From the human T2T-CHM13v2.0 reference genome, Homo sapiens, in NCBI RefSeq assembly GCF_009914755.1, contig NC_060925.1: a DNA stretch of 64,000 nt; one strand, written 5' to 3'. The notes beneath the pieces were generated by a model that saw only the letters and a program-made list of their open reading frames with translations, was not told the DNA's origin and searched no databases. The position numbers and the translations under genes are program-made. Of the stretch, positions 52,910-64,000 are shown piece after piece; the stretch's first letter is position 1; each line of letters opens with the position of its first letter.

Positions 52910-54170
52910 TTTTAGTACTTCCTATATTTCCAGGAACTATGCTAGTCCTTTAAGGATAATGTGTTATATTCGCTATACACATTTCTGTTTTCTTGAAAAT
53001 AATCTAGTAAAAATAACAATCTATTGATGACACTAGTACCAAATCTTATTTAATTTGAATCTCAGGATGCCATCAGAAAACAAAGGCAAGGGGATTTGAT
53101 TTTGTCTAACAGGGTATGCAAGAGCTTCTTTGATGAAGCTGTAGTTAATATAGATTCTGAAATATGTGTTTAAACTAGCCTTGCATAAAGGAAGGAAGGA
53201 AATCTATTCACTGTATATAGAGAAAAAAATGTCCATTGTGGGGCTTTAAAAACATCTAGCTTAGCTAGCGTTTACGTAGCAAGGGAAAAGTGGTAAGAAG
53301 CAACCACAGAGAAGGAATTTGGGAACCAATTATTCAGGGTGTTTACAGGTCATGCTCACAATTTGAGCTTTATTTTAAGAGCAATAGAAATGGATAAACT
53401 TTTGTCTCTGCATTTTAAAAACACAGATATGCCTAAAACATAGAGAATGGATTGTGGAAAAACAAAGTTGATGACTGGAATTACAATGAGACTAACAATT
53501 ATTCCAGAATTCCAGAAGAACATGAATGGTTTCTTGAACTGGTATGGTATGGTAGCAGTGGATATGCCTATAAATTGATAGATTAAATCTCTTTCTTCAT
53601 TCAGTAATTATTTACAGAGAGTTAACTATGTACTAGGCATTATTCCAGATGCTTGGAATATAGAAGTACATAGACAAAATCTCATTTTTATGACTTTTAT
53701 TCTAGGTAATGTAGGAAGCCATCATCATTTGTGCAGATTAGTGACATATTTTTACAGAATCATTCTGAGTGTTGTGTAGGGAATATGGAAGCAAGTATAG
53801 AAACAGGAAGAGAGTTAGGAGACTATTTCAATAACACAGGCAGAGACCTTGGTGGCAGTATGGTGAGAAGTTGGCATATTTTGGATTGGTGATTCATGGT
53901 ACATTGAGGAGTAAGTGAGGCAAAGAGATGCCAAAGATGACTCCTAAGACTGCCATGGTCAGGTGGGTAGATATTGGTGTCATTTACCAAATAAAAAATT
54001 GAATCTACAAAAGACTAATTTCAGAGAGGGAAATAATGAACTTTCTTTAGCTTTGAAGTTCCAATATAATATTCAAAAATGGATTTTTAGGAAATATTTG
54101 GTTTTTATGATTTGGATTTCAGAAGAGTGCTTGGGACAAGCGATGAGATTTGTGTTAGGTCCCATGGCAT
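52910..54170 (-). mobile_element. L2 fragments
   Basis: TTCATTCAGTAATTATTTA...CTATGTACTAGGCATTATTC; AAAGATGACTCCTAAG. Confidence 0.6.
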
Positions 54171-54177
54171 TGGGACT

Positions 54178-54564
54178 TGCTATGGTCTGAGTGTCCCCTC
54201 CAAACTTCATGTTGAAATTTTATTACCAAATTTAATTGCCTCTTCAGTATGAAGAAGTGGGACCATAAAGAGATGATTAGACCATGAAGGATCAGCTCTC
54301 ATGAATGGATTAACGGCATTATCATGGGAGTGGCTTCATTGTAAAAGGGTGGGTTCAGCCCTTGCTCTCACTCTTGCCCTATCTTTGCCCTTCTGCCTCC
54401 CACCTTCTTTTATGGGGTGATGTAGAAAGAAGGCCCTTGCCAGATGCCAGACTCTGGATCTTGAACTTCCCATCCTCCATAACTGTGAGGAAATAACTTT
54501 CTGTTCTTTAAAAATTACCCAGTCTGTGTTATTCTGTTATAGCATCACAAAATGGACTAAAACA
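54178..54564 (+). mobile_element. MSTC/MSTD-type MaLR solo LTR
   Basis: TGCTATGGTCTGAGTGTCCCCTCC...AATTACCCAGTCTGTG...GGACTAAAACA; perfect TSD GGACT at 54173-54177 and 54565-54569. Confidence 0.92.
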
Positions 54565-54694
54565 GGACTGTATTTGAAACCACCATATAATCCTTGGTGT
54601 GTTCATTACATAGTATGATGGGGACAAAGATTGATTTGTAAGAAATGCCTAAGCTTGAGGATCAGGTATAAAAGAGGACACATATTTTTAAAAT

Positions 54695-54828
54695 TATTAT
54701 TATTAAGTTATATGAGCTTTTTATATATTTATATATTCTAAATGCAAGCCCTTATCAGATACATGGCATGCCAAACTTGTCTCTCAGTTTCTGTATTTTC
54801 TTTTCACTTTCTTAATGGTATTTTTTCC
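54695..54828 (-). mobile_element. L1M fragment
   Basis: TATATTCTAAATGCAAGCCCTTATCAGATAC...TTTTCACTTTCTTAATGGT. Confidence 0.65.
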
Positions 54829-56039
54829 TGTGATCATTTTTAAAAAGGATCTATGAGTGTACCAGGCAATTGAGAATTCATGGATTGCTCCTAAGCTAGT
54901 CCAGTGCAATCCACATTGTTAACTATTTATTCCTGATGTAGTAACAATCTGATGCTCATACAAATAAAGTTGCATTTACAAAATACACAAAGTAAACAGC
55001 ACTGAAACTATTGCAGGGCCTTTGTATCTCCAAAATTTGATCACAGTAGCTCTGCGGTGTCACAAATGGGTACTTCACATGAACTCAGGAGTAGGCTACC
55101 TCATGTCCTTTATCCTTGGCCTTCTTATCATTATGTACTGTTCAGAATTCAATGGAGGGAGGATGGACTATATCACTGTCAATGCTGCTAGTGTCCTTTA
55201 TGAAAAGTGAGTTCTCTACCTACAATGTTGTCTCTCAATTTTTCTTTACTATTTAATGGAGAAATGAGGCAAATGCCTTAATAGCTTGATTATGTCAAGC
55301 TCAGTCTCAGCTAGGTCTCAGGTAGGAGCACAACTGCTACACTAAGTACATTATTCAAGGTGATTTGAGAAAATAGTGAAGCATTATAAATAAGAATATC
55401 ACAACAAATATTAATAGCATCCATGAGAAGAAAGTTTGAAGGCTCCACTTCTCACTCCATTGTTCAGAGTCTGAGAAAAAAGAACTTGAAAGTCAACATT
55501 TGAACATTCTTAGTAAAGTATCAACCCTGGACTCACTCAAGAGATAGCAATTTTGGTTCAGCTTGTCACAAAATTGTTTTAGGAATTTATGCAGGTGGCT
55601 TACATGTTTGTTTCGGTCTGCTCTTCTGTAAAGTAGCAGTAATGATTTTTCTAGTGAGAAGTGTTGGAACTTGGCACAACTACCTGGAATGCCAGAGATT
55701 TGGACAATGAAATGAGTTGTGCTTGAAAGCAGGAACAGCCTTCTCTATGTGCATTAATTTATTTCTATTTATCGGCTCACCGCCTAACAGGAAATATGTC
55801 CTTCATGCTTAACAGATGCTATTGATATTGCTCTTACTAAGGTCTTGGCTTAACAAGAAGGTGCTTCTGAAACCATCTTCGTTTGTTTGTTTTTAATCTG
55901 AAGTTTTGGTTTCAGTAAGCTTGTTTAGAATGCATTTCAAAATGAGTTAATATGATTCAGTTCTAAATTTATAAAGCACTATCCAAACACCAAGTTAGTG
56001 AACATATAAATATACTATAACCATCAAAACCCAAACATG

Positions 56040-56810
56040 TGTAATTTATTTTCCTACTTCCTTTCTTATCCCGCTCAAATTCATTTCCCACACTTTTTCC
56101 AGCACAATCTTTCTGAACTAGAAGTCTGGTCGCGTCAGATTTTAATATCACCCAAGAATTTCCCATTGGCTGCTTGATAAAGCCCTGGCTCCTCCATATG
56201 GCAGGCACAAGCCCCTGAAATCAGCCTCTCTCTCCAGGCCTCTCTCTCCAGGCCTTTTTCTGGCTACTCTGAGCCACACATCTAATACACCAGCATTGAG
56301 AAACTGTTATTTAGCCTTTCCCCGTCCCCCCCCGCAACTCTATTTCTTTCTCTGTGCTGGCTTTTCTCTGTGGAATGCCTTTTATTTTTGCTTCATTGAT
56401 GACTTCTTATATTTTAAGACTTAACTCAAGGCTTATTTCCTCCTGGGCCTCTTTTCTAAGTAAAACATGCCGAGTTTGATGCCCTGCTTTTGTGTTCACG
56501 TGATGCCCTATATGTGTCTCTAACTTTGCACTTACTCTGTTGTATTTAACTTCTATTTCTCTGCACTGTGAGTTCTTTGAGGGCAGAGGCAGTCTTATTC
56601 CCCTTTGTTCCCTCAGCTCCAAACATTGTTCCCACAAACATACCTGGCGTTTTTTTTAAGCACTTTATCTACATTTTGCCGTCTAATTTTCACAGTATCA
56701 CGATAAAGCTAGTATTGGCATTTCAACTTTATTAATGAAGAAACTGAGATTTAGAGAGAAAAAACAATTGCCCAGGCTCATAAAGCTATCGCATGGCAAA
56801 GCCTGCTCTC
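56040..56810. mobile_element. L2 fragment (plus) followed by MIR (minus)
   Basis: CTGTGAGTTCTTTGAGGGCAG; ATGAAGAAACTGAGATTTAGAGAG...TTGCCCAGGCTCA. Confidence 0.65.
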
Positions 56811-58719
56811 CTCTGTTCCTCTGTCTCATTTCTGAGCCAGAACACTTACCAGATCTTTGTTCTACTTCTTCTCAAATATCATTTCAAATTAATTGGTGAA
56901 GTACTTTCTCAGTGATTTCACTAGTTTTACCTATAGATATGCTCTTTTGTGATCTGAAACTAAGTCTTTGCTATTTTAACTTTAAATCACCTGGGCCTTC
57001 TCTTTTCTTCATTTCTTAATGGATATCAGTATGGAATCCCTACTTCCTCCAGCTATTGTCATTTACCTCTCCCTCTGATTAGTCTAATTTATCAATGATC
57101 AAAATTGTCAAATCTGATAGCTCTTTTCAAGACAGCTTTGAACATACATGTGACAGTTCCTTTGCCAGCAATACCCTTTTCTTTCCATTATTCTAGAAAA
57201 ATCTTCACACAACTCAAATACCACCTTTTCCATCTTGTATATTGTTTCAGAAAATTAGTTTTGATATTACTGTTTTAGTTATAACTATAGGTTAATATTG
57301 CTTAGAAAGTGTAATTATATGAGAACTTAGAGGTAGCTATCAGTTACCTCTTATAGAAGAGACAGTAAAAAAAAATGCTCAAATTTGAAGTTTGTTTGTT
57401 ACCACTAGTCAGGTTGTTCAAAGAAAAAACAGATGCCAAAGGGAACTGAATTCAAATGTTCAGTATTCTGGTAAATCAACTCTGAAGACCTACAGCTTTC
57501 TTATGGTTCCATCTTTGTGTTGATAACACTACTTGATAGGTGATACTTGTGTGTTGTTGACAGTATGTCAATATTATATTAATTCCCTGAAAAACAAGTT
57601 TCATTGAGTAATCGAGGGAAAGGTATACCCATATTTATGCCATAGGGCTATTGTTAGAATTAAATTAGATACAATACAGAAAACATCTAACACTATTCCT
57701 GCCTCATACAATGAGTATCCTCAGTGGAAGTCTATTCTCTAGTAAGAAAGTGCCCTTATCCAGAAATCTTTCTCTTTCATTTTCATTATGAGAGAAACTA
57801 TATTTCTGGACCCAAATCACAATTTTCTTATTACCTATGTTATCTCTGGTAAATAATAACCTACAGAAAAAGTTGTTTTGAGAAGTTGAGAAGTTGCTTG
57901 GTAGTCAGAAGATTAAGTGATTCACATATTGTTCTGCCCAGGAAATGATGCATAACATTTATATTAATAATTTTGATGACTATTTATCTGTGTATTTAAA
58001 TTTATTTCACCTAGCCAGCAGACTTATGAAAAAGTTGAAAATGCAATTGAAAATGCTCTAGTTCATCATTGATAATTGAGCATTGAATCGCACACCTTCT
58101 TTTTACCTCTGCCAAGTTCAAAGAGATTGTCCCCACCTTGTACCCTATTTCTGGTACTGTTTACTTGCTCTACATTCCTGTGTCTTTTTCTTGTCTTTGC
58201 AGTTTTCTTTCCTGGTTCCTTAGCAACAGCCATCTTGTGCTGAGTCCTGAATCCCATTTCAAGGGTCCTGTTTCTTGCCCAGCACCTTGAATCACTGCAT
58301 AATTCTGGCTGTCAGATTCTCAGTTGCCTAGTTCAGACTGTTTGAACAAGCCTATTATTGTGAATTGATCTTTTTGATTGTGACTACTCTCTGCATCATT
58401 TTTACCTGACTGAGGTGACTTTTGCTTTTCATTTTCAGGGGCAAGCTTAATTCCACTCAGTCTATTATTGTGCACTGGCACATGGATGGATGTGTGTGGA
58501 CACACACACACGAGTACGCAAATCTGCCTGCATTCCCACCAAGTCTGACCACACAAACTTGTCTTACTTTTTGCACAGTAGCAGATGTCAGTACTTAATA
58601 TTACTAAATCTAGATCCTTGCAGTGCAATACAAGCTTTTAAAATGCAAGTATGTTTTTTACATAAAGACTCTTTTATATTTACTTATGGAAACTCTTAAT
58701 TAGAGATAAATGTACATGG

Positions 58720-58940
58720 TACCTCAGAATCTGGATTCTGGGACAAGGCTTTTCACATTCACATCCCAGCTCTATTACTTACAAGTTGTGATCGCTTAGC
58801 TAAATTATATAATTTTTCTGCACCTTAGCTTCATCATCTCTAAAACGAGGATGCTATATCTCTGTCATCATTAAACGAGTTAATGAATGCAAAGTTTAGA
58901 ATGCTGTCTGGTGCACAATACATTCAATAAGTATAGGGTA
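58720..58940 (+). mobile_element. MIR
   Basis: TCCCAGCTCTATTACTTAC...CCTTAGCTTCATCATCTCTAAAA...GTCTGGTGCACAATACATTCAATAA. Confidence 0.75.
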
Positions 58941-59774
58941 TTTTATTATTATATATTTATGCAAATGATCTTGCTTAAAACAAATTTTAACCTTGAAAAG
59001 ATAATTCAGATTGTTATAATTATAGCAATATTTAATCTTTAGTTTTGACATGATCAAACAGCAATAGAGACTTGGAAGTATTACCGCATGGTTCTTGGAA
59101 TCCAATGGAATTAATAAATTGGCTTCAGGGAGTTTATAAACCAAATTGAGAAAAACAAAGATTATTACATTTATTTCTGCTACTTAGAAACCATCTTTAA
59201 AAAATATTTGCAAATATGTTATGAAGTCATTATTTCTTCATGGTGGTACAATATACTATATTAAATGGTTATATAAGTATCATTATAATACCTCTAGAAA
59301 ATGTGCATTGATAGTTAAAATATGACTAATTTTTAATTTTTTATATTGCACCAATCCCAGTTTATAAAATGTCTAAGAAAAGAGAGAACAAAAAATTGTC
59401 TATATTATTTAACTTTCACCATAGAAGCCACCATTAATCTTGTACAGAAAGACACTAATGAACTCATACTGCAAAAATAATATAAAATGCTAAAATGGAC
59501 AAATCAAACAAAACAGAGGTAATCGCATAGCAATTACGTTGTTTGCATTCAAAATCCAACTGGGTGGAAACAGTGACCTTCTAGTTTTTAACAATTAGGT
59601 GTATATTGATGATGTCAAAGAATTCGCTTTTTAAAAAAAACCTACTGTTGAAATATTAAAAGGCTGTTGACATTTTCAAAATAGTGTCAAGATTCTTTGC
59701 TAATCAAATAACAATGGGAAAAGTCATGTACTTTGTAGTGTGATAGACAATTTTTAGTGTCTGCACACATTGAA

Positions 59775-59776
<2 letters not shown>

Positions 59777-59825
<49 letters not shown>

Positions 59826-59885
59826 ATCTATCCATCCATCTATCTATCTCTGTATCTATATCTCTGTCTCTCTCTCTATATATAT
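59777..59885. repeat. (TATC)11 tetranucleotide STR with a compound tail
   Basis: 11 perfect TATC units at 59777-59820, then TTTC/TATC/CATC variants and (TC)/(TA). Confidence 0.95.
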
Positions 59886-60339
59886 TTTTTGGGGGGGATG
59901 TAGGAGGTGTCCCCAGCACTACCATTGCTGAGAAATTTCTGCTGCTATATCTTTACTGATAGTTGGTGTTATCTTTTATTTTTTTCCTGAAGTTGGAATA
60001 AAATATTTTAGTATTTTATTAATATATATTTTTCCTTATCAGTCAATTTGTTGTACATGTTATTTTCTACTAATATATTGGGCTGTTTGGCTTTTCCTTA
60101 TGGATATGTAATTCTTTATATATTCAAGAGAGCAATTCAGTATTAATTATATGTTGCATATGTCTTATTTGAGTTTGTAGTTTCTGTTATTGTGTCTTTG
60201 GGGGATCATTTAATCAACATAAGTTCTTAATATAGTAAAATTTATTAATCTTTTTCTTCATTAATCTTTGTGCTTTGAGAAATTATTCTTTCTAAACAAA
60301 TCTCTTTCTATCCCAGTTCCATAAATGTATTTTCTTTTA

Positions 60340-60413
60340 TTAGGTTAGTGCAAAAGTTTTTGCCATTTGATTAAAAAAAGGCAAAAACCACAATTACTTT
60401 TGCACCAACCTAA
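60340..60413. mobile_element. MADE1 mariner MITE with a deletion in the left arm
   Basis: TIRs TTAGGTTAGTGCAAAAGT / ACTTTTGCACCAACCTAA with TA flanks. Confidence 0.93.
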
Positions 60414-61683
60414 ATATCTTATTCTAAAAGTAGAGGTTTTTCTTTCACATTTAAAGATTTAATTTAGTTGAGATTGATTTCTACTGGACTGTAAGATCGG
60501 CGTCTAATTCTTTTATTTTTCCAATACGAATAACCAATAATTTCAGTACCATTTATTGAAAAATTCAAAAGTTCCCAAAGTACAATAATGCAAGCTGAGT
60601 CATGAATAAAATTTCCATCAATGTGTGGATTTCATTATGGTTTTTTTGTTCCCTTCCAGTAGTTTATGTTTTTATGTAGCTGTACCAACATTGCACTACC
60701 TTTATTCCTGCTTAATTATAAATTCTGATATTTGTAAAGCAAATTCTCCCACTCAGGTCATCTGTCTTGGATGTACTTGGTCCTTTGTTACTCCATGTCA
60801 ATTTTAGATTTGTAATGATTGTCATGTTTTACCAAATAAACACACAGCTTTTATATATTAATTGCCATTGCACTATATCTAGTTGGGAAGAGTGGGTATG
60901 ATTAAAATATTGGCTGGCATTATTTATGCAAATTTTTATATATCTATTGTCATAGCGTATGATGCTAGTGTACAGAAGTGTAATTGAAGCTGTATATGCT
61001 GATTATGTAACTCAGAAACAAAGTAAATTTATTCAGTAATTCTAATATTTATTTGTATGTTGCTTGTCATTATTTTTATGTAAACAATCATATTGTGTCA
61101 TTCATTCCAGTCATTTTAGTTACTTCTTCTCTTATCCTTAACTAAAAATTTTTAGAACACACCTTAATAAAGTTTCTTATTTCAAAGGAATATCTTCAAT
61201 GTTCACTATTAAATTCTGTTTGTGTGTGTGTGTTATGTATTTGTATATGTATATACATACATACATACATATGGTTACTAAAGTTATCCTTCATTTATTA
61301 TTTTTCCTTTAGTTTATTTTAATTCTATTAGAATGTGAGATAGGCGTCTAATTCCATTTTATCCAGATTCTGTTTGATCAAATATTCGCTATTCTGTTTT
61401 TGTGTGTGTTTTAAAATTTTTTTTTATGTTTTGCTTTAACCTGTTAATCTGCTAATGTGTAGATTACACTAAGTGCTTGTTTTAACAAACAACGTGGATA
61501 CATTCAAACTTGTCTTGAAATGACCTTTATAAATTTTGATGAAGTCAGACTATTTATAACTTACTTTGCATTTTTTATCTACAGTGTGAATAAGACACTG
61601 ATAGTTTTAATTCCTTAAATCTATGATTTAGTAGTTTTAGTTTCAAAGTTATACTGGCCCCACACAATGAAATGAGTTCTGGA

Positions 61684-61858
61684 GGCTGAGTGCGGTGGCT
61701 CATGCTTATAATCCCACCACTTTGGGAGGCTGAGGCAGGTGGATCACTTGAGGTCAAGAGTTCGAGACCAGCCTGGCCAACATGGTGAAACACCGTCTGT
61801 ACCAAAAATACATAAATTAGCCGGGCATCGTGGTGGGCACCTGCAATTCCAGCTACTT
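61684..61858 (+). mobile_element. 3'-truncated AluS fragment without tail or TSD
   Basis: Complete left monomer, A-rich linker and about 40 nt of the right monomer, ending CCAGCTACTT. Confidence 0.92.
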
Positions 61859-62289
61859 CCTATTATCTGAAAGCGGTTTTGTAAAGTTGGAATTTTTTTT
61901 TTTCCCTTAATGTTTGGTAACTCACCAGAGAAAACATTTTGGCCTGAGATTTTAATTGTGAGATTTTTGACAATTCGATTTCTTTAAAAGTAATAGGAAT
62001 ATCCAGGCTTTCTCATTTTTCTGTGTCTCATTTATATAATTATGTTGGGTAATTGTCTTCTGTGATCAAAGGAGTCAAATTTATCTTCAGTTCTACAATT
62101 TGTTTAGCCTGTGCAGTCATGACTCTTTTTCATTCTGAATATTATTTAATGTGACTTTTTTTTTAACAAATCTGTAACTATGTGCATGCCCTTCATTGTA
62201 TGATTACTTTAATTTTCCTCTCCTTTATCCTTTCCTTCTTTTTTTTTTTTCTGGCCTGGCAGGGAGGTGTGGCTGATTATACAGGTGTT

Positions 62290-62320
62290 TTTGTTGTTGT
62301 TGTTGTTGTTGTTTTGTTTT
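62290..62320. repeat. (TTG)n microsatellite
   Basis: Direct reading. Confidence 0.9.
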
Positions 62321-62844
62321 TCTTGTCAGATTCTCATTTTAGAGAATCATTGTTTTAGTTTATAATTTCCTCTTATATAACATACCTTCTATCTAAAGTC
62401 ACATTTATTCTATCTGAAGTGGATCATCTAACATTACCTTTAATAAAATGTTTGTGGAAAACACTTGCTTCAATATATATTTGCTGGCTCTAAATGCCCA
62501 CAGTATAAAAGTTATTACTTTACTATATTTAGCTTCCCTTTTCCCCAAGTGTCCAGCATCCAGTACCAAGTCATGTATTCAGCTAATTTTAATTTATCTG
62601 GCTGCTTTTATGTAGTTCCTTCAGAATCTTTGTAGAGTTTTTATTTTTATTTTCTAATTGCTAGAAGTTTTACTTAGTACTTTAAAAATCAGCTTGGTTA
62701 TTTATGATAGTTTCTTGCCCCTAACTCATACTTTCAAGTTTTTATTTTAACTTATTTTAGCATATTGAACTAACTTTTAATTTTCTGTATCTGAAAATGT
62801 TATCTAAATTATTTTCAGAGGCTCTGCCTACTTTTTAAAATTTT

Positions 62845-63480
62845 ATAAAATTTTAGAGTATCACATACATATAAAAGGCACAAATATTTTAAGTATGCAG
62901 AAGGCTGAATTTTCACAAACTGAATTCATGCTTATAACCAGTGCCCTGATCAACAAATCAGGCATTACTAGCACCACAGAACCCTCTTGTACCCTCTTCT
63001 GGGCACTATCCAGTCTTTTATTAAGGAGATTATTTTCTTCAATGTTATACTGAAGGTCAATTTTGTCTATTTTTTATACAGTAAGAACTATTTTGTTTCT
63101 GATTGTTTTCACCCTTTTTATTTCACAAGATTATTTTGTTTGCTGCAGTTGTGGCCCATTCATTTCCTTGGCTGAAGAATCTTTTAAGTGTCTGTAGAAC
63201 TCTATTCGCTGATAGGCATTTGCATAGTTTCTAGTTTGTGGCTATTCCAAATGCATTGCTATTTGTACAAGCATATCTTCATTTTTTATGGGTATGCCCT
63301 AGAAGAGGAATTACTGGGACATAGGACATATACATGCTGAGCTTTAATACACACTTCCAGTTTTCCAGGGCTTAAACCAATTCACACTTTCACCAGTGTC
63401 ATAGGAAAGTTCCAGTTGCTGCACAACCTCACAAATATTTACTGTTTCCCATCATTTAATGTTATTATTTTTTAAATCAG
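62845..63480 (-). mobile_element. L1MD/ME 3' end
   Basis: AAAAGGCACAAATATTTTAAGT, GAATTTTCACAAACTGAA, CCTAGAAGAGGAATTACTGGG. Confidence 0.75.
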
Positions 63481-63669
63481 CTTTTTAATTTTAGAATTTT
63501 TTGATTGTAGGTAATTAGGATTATAGTCATGATTTATACATACTTCTCTGTCAGATTTCTTAAAGTTGTTTTCAGCAAGAAGGCCAGCAGGGAATCTAGT
63601 TCTGGCTAGGCAGGGAATTCTAGCAGAATGCAGTTCTGCTAGAAATAGAAGTTTAAATTCATTCTTCAA

Positions 63670-64000
63670 TTCACTTAAATACAGGCTCAAACCCACCACA
63701 GTCTTGTTGCCCAATCCAGTGAAATGCCTTTCGTCTCCTATCTTTGACTTTACCTAACAGCAGCTTTTGCCAAAGTCATTTACTCTTTCATTTTGAAATA
63801 CATTTATCCCTTATCTTTCATCATTTTCTTTTTCCACTGGACACTCCTTGACAGACCCTTTTTACTTCTTCCATTTCCACAATCAGATCACTAAAATTTG
63901 GTTTGTATCATTTCTCACATGTTCAGTATTTCATCCTGCTCCACGGTTTTAAATAGCTTGTATGGTAACGACTCTCAAACATCTGTATCAAGCACAGATC
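63670..64000 (+). mobile_element. L2 fragment running off the window end
   Basis: TTGTTGCCCAATCCAGTG...CAGCAGCTTTTGCCAAAG...GACTCTCAAACATCTGTATC. Confidence 0.6.

Larger units (their letters stand above)
59940..62250 (-). mobile_element. Decayed L1ME/MD ORF2 region
   Basis: CAGTACCATTTATTGAAAA, CTGTACCAACATTGCACTAC, GCTAGTGTACAGAAGTGTAATTGA. Confidence 0.7.

Overview
AT-rich primate (most likely human) non-coding DNA, intergenic or deep-intronic. I find no protein-coding exon, tRNA, rRNA or CRISPR array. The only long ORFs (8262-9326, 7256-7939) are broken pieces of LINE-1 ORF2; the remaining ORFs lie in repeats or look like chance. Roughly half of the window is recognisable transposon debris: AluY/AluS/FLAM/FAM SINEs, two primate L1PA insertions, old L1M/L2/L3/MIR fragments, many MaLR LTRs (MLT1, MST, THE1) including one complete TSD-flanked MSTA provirus, several ERV1/ERVL solo LTRs, and MITEs (MER53, MER91, MADE1). 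I found no convincing new biological system. The most interesting observations are: (1) a repeat-free motif cluster at about 40.5-41.0 kb (E-box, YY1, RE1-like, CRE-like, TATA, strong splice donor) that reads like a promoter plus first exon; (2) an L1 and an AluY inserted at the same endonuclease site, leaving three copies of the target; (3) a twin-primed inverted L1 with a probable 3' transduction; (4) a tail-less, TSD-less Alu; (5) several template-switch scars; (6) a MADE1 carrying miR-548-type sequence. Subfamily names come from my recollection of consensus sequences, not from a RepeatMasker run, and boundaries of old elements are approximate.
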